The position numbers and the translations under genes were made by a program. A DNA stretch of 63,986 bases, the filler included, from Octopus bimaculoides (Eukaryota): assembly GCF_001194135.2 (NCBI RefSeq). It is 4 parts of 4 records of this genome, joined end to end, with 100 filler letters (N's around TTAATTAATTAA, not from the genome) between each part and the next. Parts side by side here need not be neighbours in the genome. Positions count along the whole stretch, not along the records: positions 1 to 28,295 come from NC_068983.1; 3 more parts are not named here. One strand, 5' to 3'. Each line of letters opens with the position of its first letter. Position 1 is the first letter of the stretch. Of this stretch, positions 12,481 to 25,799 are shown piece by piece. Below the pieces are notes generated by a model. The model made no database searches. It was not told the origin of the DNA and worked only from the letters and a program-made list of their open reading frames with translations.

Positions 12481-14139
12481 TAAGTTATAATTATAGACAG
12501 CAATGAAGAGGATCCTACGATGACATCGTTCATCCTGATGATTATGGAAGTTTATTCAGTTCTGAAGTTGATTTGGCAAGATCTTAATGAATTTTTCTTT
12601 GATACGATTAACATTTATCCTGTAATTGTGATTTAAAGCCATAATAAATAGCTACTTCACTCTTGTATGTATTAATTAAGCTTATGAATTCATGTTCGTT
12701 CACCTTTTTATCATTTTCGTTTTAATATTTATACCGTTAAACTGCATTGAACCTAATTAAAATAAAATTTCAGTACTGTAATGAAAGTGACTTCGGCTTG
12801 TTCAGTTGATCAAGTATGATAGATACGAGTAAACCACTAAATATAAATACTCTACATAGCCCCGATACTGCATGTCATTGTTTATTCATTTCCTTTCTTC
12901 ATTAAAAAGATTATTTGTGGGTTTGCTAGATATATGGTACATAGTACTGTACCTTAAATTTCGTACTATCCATATAATAGCCGTCTCGCAATTTTTAGCC
13001 TATAAATCTATGTAAGAAATTTCGACTCTTGAACGAATATTTATGATATATATATTCGGTGATCTAAGCATGAAAGAAACGGGCCTCTATTAGAGGCTCG
13101 CGAAACTATAAGATACATAGAACCGAATCGAACTGTTTTAAATAATATATAATATGAATAATATATATAATATATGCATATACATGTGTATATATGTCTG
13201 TATGTATGTGTGTGCGCGCGTGTGTGCATGCGTCTATATAAATATGGCGTGTATATATATATATGTATATATATATATAGTATATNNNNNNNNNNNNNNN
13301 NNNNNNNNNNNNNNNNNNNNNNNNNNNNNNNNNNNNNNNNNNNNNNNNNNNNNNNNNNNNNNNNNNNNNNNNNNNNNNNNNNNNNNNNNNNNNNNNNNNN
13401 NNNNNNNNNNNNNNNNNNNNNNNNNNNNNNNNNNNNNNNNNNNNNNNNNNNNNNNNNNNNNNNNNNNNNNNNNNNNNNNNNNNNNNNNNNNNNNNNNNNN
13501 NNNNNNNNNNNNNNNNNNNNNNNNNNNNNNNNNNNNNNNNNNNNNNNNNNNNNNNNNNNNNNNNNNNNNNNNNNNNNNNNNNNNNNNNNNNNNNNNNNNN
13601 NNNNNNNNNNNNNNNNNNNNNNNNNNNNNNNNNNNNNNNNNNNNNNNNNNNNNNNNNNNNNNNNNNNNNNNNNNNNNNNNNNNNNNNNNNATATATATAT
13701 ATATATATATACAGACACACTCACACATATATACGTATATATGAGAGACACACAAACACATGGTTAATTCCTTTTGGCAGAGCTTTCTTAAGTATATACG
13801 CATGTCTGTGATCATGTTGATGCATGCATGTACGAAGGTATATGTGGATGTGCGTGAGCGTGCGTATGTATGTGTAGAAACCCAAAAGACTAAGAGTCGT
13901 GGTCAATCATTTTCCTTAGTTCACACGATGTTTTTAATGATATGCAATTTGTACATAAAACGAACAATGCTGCTGTTGCGTATAATTCGTACTCCCCTGG
14001 ATATTGCACTCTCCATTTGTCATTATGTTTATAATAAGCACTCCTTCGTCATGATTATACGCTTAATATCTATTTCCCACCGTGTATATCATCCACTCCC
14101 TCTGTATAATATACACTCCTCTGTCTACTAGAAAGCGAA

Positions 14140-14211
14140 CAATATATATATATATACATACATACACACACAATCAAACACATATATATATACATTTATA
14201 TGTATGCATAC

Positions 14212-14242
<31 letters not shown>

Positions 14243-14522
14243 CATATATATGTGTGTATATATATACACATATATATACCTATATATATGCATATAAATA
14301 TATATATATATACATATATATGTGTGTATATATATACACATATATATACATATATATATATATACATATTCATATATATTATATACATATATACATATAT
14401 ATGTGTGTGTGTATGTATGTATATTATATATATATATATATGTGTGTATATAATATATATGAATATGTATATGTATATATATGTGTATATACATATACAC
14501 ACATATATATGTATATATATGC

Positions 14523-14584
<62 letters not shown>

Positions 14585-14643
14585 NNNNNNNNNNATATAT
14601 ATATGTATATATATGTGTGTGTATGTATATATATATGTGTGAT

Positions 14644-14676
<33 letters not shown>

Positions 14677-14690
14677 GTCATGTATACGCA
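14140..14690. repeat. Long degenerate (AT)/(AC)/(GT) dinucleotide tract
   Basis: Directly visible. Confidence 0.97.
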
Positions 14691-16506
14691 TATACAGTAC
14701 AAAAGCGCGATACTATGAAATTTTCTATTAAGTCTGTGTATTTCATTGTTGACATTTCCAAGAGCTTAGTTCCGTTACAATCATTTAATGACACCGATAT
14801 CTTGGATTTTGCATGACCTGAAAATGAAATACCATTTCAAATTCTGGTAAAATCGTAAACCTCAACTGGGAACAAGGCGTAACAAAACAGGATTATTGAA
14901 GATTTGCATCATGAGTTAAATAGTAGAATATGTACTAAATAGAAATAAAGTCCTGATTTTATTTGGTTAGTTATTTATTTTATTTGATTGCCTTGGTAAA
15001 ATTCATTAACAGACACACACACACACACGCATACACACACACGCATACACACACACACACACACACGCATACACACACACACACACACACACACGCATAC
15101 ACGCGCGCGCGCGCAGTTGTACTTCGAAGAACTGTTGTGGTTCAGTATCCATTTGGAATTCTTACAAGGAATACCCATTGCAGCGGGTGCAAATAGCCAC
15201 AATGGTGAAACATAGGTAGGGAATAGATGATATTAACTGCATCTTGTGTTTATCATAATTTTCACCACCCATCTATCCATCCATCCATCCATGCATACAT
15301 ACATACATACATACATACATACATACATACATACATACATACATTGTAAACACAATAAACTTGATATCGCTTTACCCCTCTCGTTCTTGCTCTGTTACTA
15401 CTACGTATCTCTTTTTTCCCCCTCGTACTTCCTCTCTTTCTCTTTTCCTCTCGCTGCTCACCTATTCTTCTACTTCCTCCCTTTGTTTCTCCCTCTGCCA
15501 CTCTCTCTCTTCCCCTTACACCGGCATGGTCACATGCTTCCGGTCAATATTCCTTTTCTTACTTGGCTGTCGCCTAGCAAACACACGAACCATTTCGTCC
15601 CTACTTTCAAGTTCGTGCCTCACAGCGTTCACACACAAACAATTTTTCTCGTCTGGCCGTAAAGCCTTTTCTGTTTGTTTTCCTGTCTTGTTTTTTGTCC
15701 GCCACAACATTCCCCCATGGCAAGATTTAATTTGTGTATACAAATTTAATTTGCGGTCCATGAGAAGAGCTGTTTTAACGATGCGTCCTGCCTAGCTCTT
15801 CGAAACGCCGGTGTTAAAACGGAGGTAGCTGATGAAGTAGAATGTTCTCTATGTGGCTTGTGTGTTTTCTCGTCTCTGTTTTGTTTGCAATGTCCTGTAC
15901 CCAGATATGCACCTATACATACAGGTGGATGTCGGTATGCACATNNNNNNNNNNNNNNNNNNNNNNNNNNNNNNNNNNNNNNNNNNNNNNNNNNNNNNNN
16001 NNNNNNNNNNNNNNNNNNNNNNNNNNNNNNNNNNNNNNNNNNNNNNNNNNNNNNNNNNNNNNNNNNNNNNNNNNNNNNNNNNNNNNNNNNNNNNNNNNNN
16101 NNNNNNNNNNNNNNNNNNNNNNNNNNNNNNNNNNNNNNNNNNNNNNNNNNNNNNNNNNNNNNNNNNNNNNNNNNNNNNNNNNNNNNNNNNNNNNNNNNNN
16201 NNNNNNNNNNNNNNNNNNNNNNNNNNNNNNNNNNNNNNNNNNNNNNNNNNNNNNNNNNNNNNNNNNNNNNNNNNNNNNNNNNNNNNNNNNNNNNNNNNNN
16301 NNNNNNNNNNNNNNNNNNNNNNNNNNNNNNNNNNNNNNNNNNNNNNNNNNNNNNNNNNNNNNNNNNNNNNNNNATATATATATATATATATAGTAAAGAT
16401 TATATGCCAACATAATGTGGCAGTCTCGGTTGGGACGAATGTTACTGTTATTTAGCCCCAGAAAACATTGTCTCCAGCTGGCTATACGACATTCTGTCTG
16501 TGTCCT

Positions 16507-16651
16507 TATATTTTCGAACAGGGGAGTTTAGCATCCCCACTCAGCACAAAGCAATATCTCTGGACCGCGGTTGCTAGGTTATTTCGCTTCCTCGGCACAG
16601 AATAACTGCTCCGCTACAGATGGCACTGTTAAACCCCTGTTCGAAAATATA
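16507..16651. mobile_element. MITE with TA ends
   Basis: Perfect 18-bp inverted repeats tatattttcgaacagggg (16507-16524) and cccctgttcgaaaatata (16634-16651). Confidence 0.65.
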
Positions 16652-16883
16652 TATAATTTTCAAAGTGATATACAGATTCTGATCTAATAATAGAAACATC
16701 AAATAACAGTAACATTCGTTGCAACCGCGACTGATACATTATGTTGACAAATGATCTTTACTTTAGAGTACTATTACGGCATGTCTCTCGTTGAGAGATT
16801 TAGAAAGAATATTAATGTTTCTCTCTTTCTCTCTCTCTCGCTCTCTCTCTCACCCTCTCTCTTTGTCTCTATCTTTCTCTCTT

Positions 16884-16924
<41 letters not shown>

Positions 16925-16990
16925 NNNNNNNNNNNNNNNNNNNNNNNNNNNNNNNNNNNNNNNNNNNNNNNNNNNNNNNNNNNNNNNNNN

Positions 16991-17073
<83 letters not shown>

Positions 17074-17122
17074 GGTTGAACGATAATATACATGCGGTGA
17101 ACACAATATTTGTTATTACAGA

Positions 17123-17452
17123 CATCAAGGGTTAGGTGGGTTTGATTCAGCTGGCTATAACAACGCGTAGATTCGTTTTGATAAGAATCTTAACCTGTAC
17201 TTCACCTTTCCAACAGTAAGAATGTAGATGAAGTTAGCAGATTGTCTAGTATTGTCCAAATTAACTGAATCTGCGCTAAACCGGTTGCAAACTCACTATA
17301 CATATCTTGACAAAAATGGCAATCCCCAAGTTTATTTTACACATTGTGATTAGCAATTGAATAGCTATGACCGCAGTCTCTATGCAATTGCGAATACCAT
17401 CGAATTTCTGACAGAGAAAAGTAATCCAATAACACGATATGAAAAATGGTAA
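17123..17452 (+). pseudogene. Decayed Ulp1/C48-like cysteine-peptidase fragment, probably transposon-derived
   Basis: One reading frame with three internal stops, ending YFTHCD*QLNSYDRSLYAIANTIEFLTEKSNPITRYEKW*. This resembles QQ.N..DCGlfAIAfa....g.nP...Yd, with TAG in place of CAG and CGC in place of the catalytic TGC. Confidence 0.5.
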
Positions 17453-17559
17453 GTTGAGATGGCATCTCATAGAATGTTTTCAAATGTGAGTGTTGTTGGA
17501 GATTCCTAAATCACTAAAGCGTAGTCAAGGAAAGCAGCCTAACACAAAGCAACCGACTA

Positions 17560-17602
<43 letters not shown>

Positions 17603-17624
17603 GTTGTTGTTGTTGTTGTTGTTA

Positions 17625-17695
<71 letters not shown>

Positions 17696-17887
17696 AATGT
17701 TGCCATATTTAATAGCTGAACAAAATTCGTTTATTGCATTTTGCATATTTTCCGTTTATTTTTTTTTTTACGATTAAATATTTTTATCAATAAAACTACT
17801 TCATGGCGTCCCTCTTAATTTATCAGAAATGAATAAAGTTAGCTTCTGCATACAACATTTGCAACAATGATTGGAGTAAAAGTTATA

Positions 17888-18040
17888 TTTCAAGGGGAGT
17901 ATATATATTGTATGTAATATAGTAACTGGGGATGTGCAAATAATTCAAGGGGAGTGTAAATTATATGTATAATAGTGGCTGGGGAGTGACAATTATGCGT
18001 ATAATAATGACTGGGGAGTGCAATATGTGGGGAATGCACA
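17888..18040. repeat. Degenerate minisatellite with a GGGGA(G/T)TG core
   Basis: Six gggga-centred units at roughly 15-35 bp spacing. Confidence 0.7.
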
Positions 18041-18521
18041 TAAAATGAAAGAGGATTAACCGAGTTGCAAGAGTAGCATATGGTGCAAGCTCTACGCTAA
18101 ATGCTTCACTGCAGTACTATACTACCTTCAACTTTCATGAACGAATGTGTTTAGTGTTGATTCAGTACTCGGAAAACCTCCGATATCCAATGCAGTTTAG
18201 ATTAAATAAATCCCATTAACCAAACTGAATGACAATGGTAAATGACTTACTACATTTTTGCCGGTCGCTAATATATTGATCCGCCATTTTATTTGTTTCG
18301 ATGCATTAAATTCATCACATAATAAATTAGCTTAATAATTATTTTGCTCATAAATGAAACTAGTTGGATAAATTAGACTATTACGGATGTAATACAAACA
18401 CTGTAATGATAACCGCCCCCATTAAATATAATCTGGATTTTTGAGGTAGGAAACATTTTATTGTGTACACTGTCTACTTTAAAATTTAAGTGGTAAGCAT
18501 AAATAATAAGTTTACATTAAT

Positions 18522-18950
18522 TCTTTCTACTATAGACACAAAGCCTGAAACTTTGGGGGAGGGGCTAGTCAATTACATCACCCCCAGTGCCCTAAAGGTC
18601 CTTATCTTATTGACCCCGAAAGGATGAATGATAAAATGAACCTCGATCGGATTTAAGCTAAGAACGTAATGAGTCATAAGAAATGCTGCTAAGCATTTTG
18701 TCCGGCATGATAACGATTAATATAGCATTAATATAGTTATATCCAAAGGCGACGAGCTAGCAGAATCGGTAGCAAGCCGGACAAAATGCTTGGCGGCATT
18801 TATTCCGGCTGTGTGTTCTGTCTCTGACGTCAACTTTTGCCTTCCATCTTTTCGGGGTCGATAAAATAAAGTACCATTTGAGCACTGGGGTCGATATAAT
18901 CGACTAGTCTCTTTCCGAAAATTCCAGGCCTTGTGCCTATAGCAGAATGA
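18522..18950. mobile_element. Head-to-head pair of SINE family A copies (minus 18522-18720, plus 18746-18950)
   Basis: Two copies in opposite orientation separated by about 25 bp. Confidence 0.8.
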
Positions 18951-19057
18951 AATATAGTCATTTCTCCAAAGATGGACCACAAAAACATATATTAAAGTTA
19001 AGTATTATGATAATATTTAAATTATACGAAATTTAAGTTGTTGAAATAGTAGTGCTA

Positions 19058-19615
19058 GGAGGTTTGATCAAAAAGTATTGGAACTGATGCTACGAAAAGA
19101 AAACTACAACACTTATCAATTCGGCATTTAATCTCTTTCGAAGTAGTCCCGTTTGGAAGCTACACAATTTATCCAACGTCGTTTCCATTGATGGAAGCAT
19201 TCCTGGAACGCCTTTTTAGGGATAGTGAGCAGCTGCCACGTTGCATTACCATGGATTTCCTCCAAGTCTTGAAATTTTGCTGGGATTTTTCGCTGCGAAC
19301 CCTGAGCCTTGTTTTCAGAACCATAGCCATAGACCCACGCTTCAGCACCTGTTATGACCATTTTGAAAAAGTTCTCATCTTTCTTGACATCTTTCTCGAC
19401 AAAATCCTGTGCAGCTGAAACCCGATCTGTTTGAAACGGTCACACTTTACTTTATTTCCAAGCACTGCTACAAACAACGGAAGTGAGCGAGAACGTTATA
19501 ACTTAGTGTGCGTATGCGACAGAGTTCAAAGTCAATCTATGCCGAGCAGCTTTACTCTGCGTACTTCAGCTCCGTTACGACAGCAACAGTCCCAATACCT
19601 TTTCATCAGACCTTG
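19058..19615 (-). mobile_element. Internally deleted mariner element with both TIRs
   Basis: TIRs of about 29 bp (ggaggtttgatcaaaaagtattggaactg and cagtcccaataccttttcatcagaccttg), each flanked by TA. The minus strand joins VITGAEAWVYGYGSENKAQ (mariner vTgDEtWvygYdpetK) to IPKKAFQECFHQWKRRWINCVASKRDYFERD (mariner C-terminus). Confidence 0.85.
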
Positions 19616-20131
19616 TATACAATGGTCAATTCATGTAATTTTGTAATATTTAAATTTTTATGCTTTTAAGTTTAGTTTACATCAAAATCAGAATCTACTG
19701 AGAAAGAGTTCATCCATTTAAATTCTTCGCATAATTTACTCTGTCTCAGTCGTCGTCTTTCTGGGTCAAACATTTAAATATCTCATTTAAGTATCAAGAT
19801 TTACGTAGGTAAAATAATAAATAGAACTCTTTGTTTTCATTTTCACTACTCCTCCACTCTCGCTATATGTTTTTACGCACATCTTCACACATACATACGT
19901 ACGTACGTACATACATACATACATACATACATGCATGCATACGTACGTACGTACGTACATACGTACATACATGCATACATACATACGTACATACATATAT
20001 ATATGCATGCATACATACATACTTATGTCTTTATATATAGTTTACTAGCCCATAATAGGTAGGATCATCAACAAAAAAAGAACTCTATCTTACAAGAGAT
20101 AAATATCATTTAATATATACAGAATTTTAAA

Positions 20132-20203
20132 AATAGCTACTAATAGTTTCATGCCATAAAGATATAATAGCTTGGCATTCTTATATAGCATGTCATGTAT
20201 ATT
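20132..20203 (-). ncRNA. Hammerhead-like motif 3' of the Penelope-like relic, non-canonical core
   Basis: AAUA UACAUGA C, 8-bp stem II AUGCUAUA/UAUGGCAU, GAAAC UAUUA GUA GCUAUU. Confidence 0.45.
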
Positions 20204-20249
20204 CAAGCAACCCTTTAGGCTTAGTGCATACCGTTAGACCTATTTGAAA

Positions 20250-21540
20250 ACCAGGACGCTGGTCTATGAGAAAACATGAGAAAAAAAACGAGAAGTAAAG
20301 CATGAAGGTTGAAGCAAAATGTGGAACGAGAAGAAAAGAAAAGTAAGAAAAGCAAGATCTATGTGTCCTTTGTCTGCGGAAATCATAATTGATCTAGCTG
20401 TTGAAAATGATAGATCAGAGAGGAAGCTAAAGTCTGTGAGATAGCAACTCAGTCTAGAGAAGGTGGCATCCTCCAGTTCGACAAAAGAAATTTGTCGATA
20501 TGTTTGCATTTGCTATAAGTTTTGGATCTGGAATTAAGTAGTGTGGTGGAATTCTTGGAAATAAAAAGAATGTCTGATCTTTCAGCTACACATAACTTGC
20601 ATCTGTTTAATTCATTTATATATGGCATAGATTTTTCCATGATTTTCCACTTGAATGTATGTGGTGTGCAGTTAGTCGTTAGACCCCATGCATTTCTAGC
20701 AGCTTAACTTTAATTTTATCAATGTGTCAGAAAGAAAACTGATGGTTTGCACAATGACTTTTAAAATTGCCTTCGCTTAGACTGACGTAATTTTTCATAT
20801 CGGTTACGTTATCTTGTAGCACTACTGTGTCTTCGGTTTCATAAACAACTGAGTTTACCAAATACACCTGATGGAACGGGCAAGCTTCATGGTTTCAGAA
20901 GGTACAAATGTGTCCCTGTCAATAAATTTTTTTTCTGTATTTGTGTTTTACTGGGAAAGGTTAATGCTAGGAATTTCTTGCCTATGTTAGTTTTAATATT
21001 TAAAGAGGAAGTGGAGGTGAACCACATTATTTTCCTGGGTCTACTTTTAGGCTTCATATTTTTAACTTCAGGGTTATATGATAGCTTATGATTGAAGCCG
21101 CTGTTATCTCGGACATTGTTAGAAAGTGCTGCCTTAGATGTTCTATTACTGATGTTGGCTACCAGGTCTTTAAACACTATGGGGTGGGTGGGTGACAGGA
21201 CTGTTTATGTGTATATGTGAGTTTCTCATTCTGTTTATGATAGGGTCCATAACAGTATGAGTTTAAGTCTGTCTGGGAAAATATCTAAGAAATCAACTTT
21301 GGACTGATTAGTATATCCAGTAACTTTGAAGCCTAACTATTTAAAGGTATACATCAATTTCTCCCTAAAGTTATCGAGTATATGTCCATCACAGTTGCGA
21401 GATATTTCCAAACTATCGTCATGGTATAGGTCATTGTCGTGGGTTTGGAACTTAGATCTCAAAGTATCTAATGTATAGAGACATACAAGTTCACAGATGC
21501 CTGCACTGTCATACGATCTCATAGATATATCAAACAATTA
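20250..21540 (-). mobile_element. Decayed Penelope-like retroelement (RT plus GIY-YIG endonuclease)
   Basis: Collinear minus-strand pieces: FDISMRSYDSAGICELVCLYTLDTL...LYHDDSL (RT), NSGFNHKLSYNP...RKIMWF...NIKTNIGKKFL, NYVSLSEGNFKS (GIY-YIG) and CKLCVAE...LLNSRS...KCKH.DKFLL (PLE C-terminus). Confidence 0.88.
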
Positions 21541-21665
21541 TATATACACACATGAATACGCACGCACGCACACACGCACACACACATGCATGTTTATGGT
21601 GTGTATACATATAAAAATGTACCATGTATGTATGTATATATGAATGTATGCATGTATATGTCTAT

Positions 21666-21741
<76 letters not shown>

Positions 21742-21859
21742 ATGTCCGTATGTATGTATGTATGTATGTAGGAGAATATACAAATAATAACAACAGACGA
21801 GGACAGGTGGTGTAAATAACAAAAGTATATATTAGTATGACGCTCAGGAATACGGAAAG

Positions 21860-21896
21860 TCTTTGACGTTTCGAGCTACGCTCTTCAACAGAAAGA
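21860..21896 (-). ncRNA. Minimal hammerhead-like motif 5' of the Penelope-like relic
   Basis: UCUUU CUGUUGA A GAGC GUA GCUC GAAAC GUC AAAGA: 5-bp stem I, 4-bp stem II, A6 replaced by U. Confidence 0.55.
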
Positions 21897-22132
21897 ATAC
21901 GGAGACAATGTATGTATTATAGATGTAAGGTAAAATTATGCGTTTCTTGTTTTGCGGCCTCCCCTCGTCCCTTTTTTTCTTTATTCTCGCATTGTATTTT
22001 TTCTGTTACTCTTCTCTCTTTCATTAATTCTCCTTATCATCTTGTAATTCCCCCACTCAACCTTGAGAATAGTTAAACCGATTTTGAATGTTATTTAAAA
22101 TAGATTGTTAAAAACTCTGTTTCTCTCTCTCA

Positions 22133-22228
<96 letters not shown>

Positions 22229-23980
22229 TTAGATACTCTGGAAAACAGCCATAAAGTTTGCTTCGTATCACTAGCTGAAATACAATATGCACAAGTTCAC
22301 GAATATATATAACTTTTACCAAAATATTATATTGATGTTCAGTATGTATTATATTTTACCAGCTATGGTATATATCATATACCATATAAATCAATGTCTG
22401 CTGTGATGTATTTTTAGTTTTAAATTAAGTTTGTCTACTTTGAAAGAAGATTCCATTTTTAATGGAGCGGTAAATCCTAGCATGTATCAAAAAAGTTTTT
22501 TTTTTTGCTAATATATCGAAACAAACACTTGATAAATTATAATGAAGTATTGGTTTCAAGGCACTATTGACTTTTTTGGCTTCAGATTTTATTTATTTTC
22601 TTCTTGTTTATTGGCAATACTGCTGTTGATTTTACCGATTGTTTTCTTTCATTATTTAAACTATATTTTAATGATTTTTTGTTTCTATTTACACTATTGC
22701 TGCGGAATTTAATGACGCATGTATGAAATTTTAAATCAACCTTTAGGTTAAAAGTAATTGATAAAAAAATCCTATATACCATGCCACATATATCTCCACC
22801 AAATTACATTGATCACACAACTTCGCCCTAAGGGGAAATAGTTTTCTTCTTGAGTCATAATACTTTATTTGTCTATAATGTTTCATTTCTATGAGTTAAA
22901 TTATGTCGTTATCTTCTATAATTTGATTCGTAGGAATTCGTATAGTTAAGTCCTCTTAGTCAGTGATATTTATAACCATTGGATCTCTCCAGATGAACAG
23001 TTCTGTATTTTCCAGCGTCGAAACCGTTATGATTCTGGATTATAGCGCTGCTGATGAGGGAATTTTCACGCTTGTTGGTGTCTTTTTCGTTAACTGTTGT
23101 CCTGCATGCCAGAACAGACTTCCACTCTTCTCTCCTTCAAACCGAATACAAATTGCTGCGGTACCCACTTGGTACCCACTTCCTGATCCCCAAAGTCTTC
23201 CACCACCTGCGGGCGATTTGTGGCGCTTTCATGGCGTTTTTTTATTCTTCAATGTTGGTTTTTCCTTTCTTTGATTTTATCAGTGGTATTATCTCTGTAA
23301 AAAAAAACCTGTAACCTTTGTTAGATAGGCTGTAGACCTCCTTTGTCAAAAGGCTAACGATGGCGCCTTGTTTCTTTCGGTAGCCCATGTTTTTCTACCC
23401 ACAAAGAAGAACAGGAGGAGCAATTATTATAGATCAAGAGTTACTCTACCCATCTGCAATTTGAGTGACCTATGGTCAGTTAATGAAAAGATTTTGCATT
23501 ATTTTCGGAATAACTCTCGCTTATGTGTAACTGTGCGTATGTGTGCGTGATGATACGTAAATACAATAAATGAAGCACTGTTCATATTCACCACTGCACC
23601 CTTCTGAATATGAATGGCACTTAACTTGGACCCTAGCAATCGTTCCTCTGCTTTCCGGAGCAGGCTGGTTTCGTCCTCTACCACTTAAGTACCCCGATCG
23701 CCCCATCTCTTCACTTCTCATCACATATGATGCGTCCAACCCAACTTTATCCGCACAAAGTGCTATGCCTAATCCTTCATCACCAGAACAACGGTTCTCT
23801 AAGATTTCCTCCAGCACATAGCTTTCTTGTAGGTGATGAACTGTAACAATTCAAATTGAACATTAACGCCATCCCCGCTCTCGGGTGACCTAAAGAAATC
23901 TTTCTTCCTGACTCGGTAAGTAAAAAGAAAATCCAACTCAGTGTCTTAAAATGGCGCAGTACATATACGGTCGGTATTAT

Positions 23981-24362
23981 GTGGAGGTGCAATGGCCCAG
24001 TGGTTAGGGCAGGGGACTCGCGGTCATAGGATCGCAGTTTCGATTCCCAGACCGGGCGTTGTGAGTATTTATTGGGCGAAAACACCTAAAGCTCCATGAG
24101 GCTCCAGCAGGGGATGGTGGTGAACCTTGCTGTACTCTTTCACCACAACTTTCTCTCACTCTTACTTCCTGTTTTTGTTGTGCCTGTAATTCAAAGGGTC
24201 AGCCTTGTCACACTGTGTCTCGCTGAATATCCCCGAGAACTACGTTAAGGGTACACGTGTCTGTGGATTGCTCAGCCACTTGCACATTAATTTCATGAGC
24301 AGGCTGTTCCATTGATCGGATCAACTGGAAGCCTCGACGTCGTAAGCGACAGAGTGCCAACA
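23981..24362 (+). mobile_element. tRNA-derived SINE family C, full copy
   Basis: A box tggcccagtgg and B box gtttcgattccc. The body is repeated at 46570-46810. Confidence 0.8.
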
Positions 24363-24658
24363 TAGGAATCGGGGATGACTTAGTAGCATGCATCATGCTT
24401 TCGTTTTAAGGGATTGTGCATTTGCAAGGAGACATAGATACTCTGTCAGCTCTCCCACTCTTGACTCAGTACAATGTTTAGGATTCGATGTCCGGTGGGA
24501 GAGAAAGCCGCAACAGCAGCTGAATGCTACTTATTTTCAGTTGTGTAGGTAGGAGGAACGTAGAACGAAGTGCCTTGATCAAGGACAACCGGCTGTTCGA
24601 ACCAGAAAGTTAACTCATGATCCCACTATCATGTGACGAAATAGCACTTTCTCTATAC

Positions 24659-24730
<72 letters not shown>

Positions 24731-25799
24731 ATCTACACACAACGTCCTGTACCCTGATATGCTTCTATATACACNNNNNNNNNNNNNNNNNNNNNNNNNN
24801 NNNNNNNNNNNNNNNNNNNNNNNNNNNNNNNNNNNNNNNNNNNNNNNNNNNNNNNNNNNNNNNNNNNNNNNNNNNNNNNNNNNNNNNNNNNNNNNNNNNN
24901 NNNNNNNNNNNNNNNNNNNNNNNNNNNNNNNNNNNNNNNNNNNNNNNNNNNNNNNNNNNNNNNNNNNNNNNNNNNNNNNNNNNNNNNNNNNNNNNNNNNN
25001 NNNNNNNNNNNNNNNNNNNNNNNNNNNNNNNNNNNNNNNNNNNNNNNNNNNNNNNNNNNNNNNNNNNNNNNNNNNNNNNNNNNNNNNNNNNNNNNNNNNN
25101 NNNNNNNNNNNNNNNNNNNNNNNNNNNNNNNNNNNNNNNNNNNNNNNNNNNNNNNNNNNNNNNNNNNNNNNNNNNNNNNNNNNNNNNNNNNNNNNNNNNN
25201 NNNNNNNNNNNNNNNNNNNNNNNNNNNNNNNNNNNNNNNNNNNNNNNNNNNNNNNNNNNNNNNNNNNNNNNNNNNNNNNNNNNNNNNNNNNNNNNNNNNN
25301 NNNNNNNNNNNNNNNNNNNNNNNNNNNNNNNNNNNNNNNNNNNNNNNNNNNNNNNNNNNNNNNNNNNNNNNNNNNNNNNNNNNNNNNNNNNNNNNNNNNN
25401 NNNNNNNNNNNNNNNNNNNNNNNNNNNNNNNNNNNNNNNNNNNNNNNNNNNNNNNNNNNNNNNNNNNNNNNNNNNNNNNNNNNNNNNNNNNNNNNNNNNN
25501 NNNNNNNNNNNNNNNNNNNNNNNNNNNNNNNNNNNNNNNNNNNNNNNNNNNNNNNNNNNNNNNNNNNNNNNNNNNNNNNNNNNNNNNNNNNNNNNNNNNN
25601 NNNNNNNNNNNNNNNNNNNNNNNNNNNNNNNNNNNNNNNNNNNNNNNNNNNNNNNNNNNNNNNNNNNNNNTATATTGTCTTTCAATATAATCATAAACAC
25701 ACAGAACGATTAAAAGACTGCAGTTTGATTAACCAAGAGTGTATATTGACTTATCTGGCTATCTGTCTGCTTTCACTCTTTCAATACCTAATAAGAATA

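Noticed and set aside
13067-13115. CAUGA...9-bp hairpin...GAAAC-UAUA
   Set aside because: Core spacing is wrong and there is no NUH triplet or stem I; at best heavily decayed.
14690-14820. Minus-strand acceptor tttcattttcag with a short open frame
   Set aside because: No good donor, no homology and no partner exons.
15795-15840. GAAAC...CUGAUGA as a permuted hammerhead
   Set aside because: No stem I or stem II pairing, and no valid cleavage triplet next to stem III.
22960-23830. GC-richer ORF-like stretch
   Set aside because: Probably a decayed TE, but no motif could be assigned in any frame.
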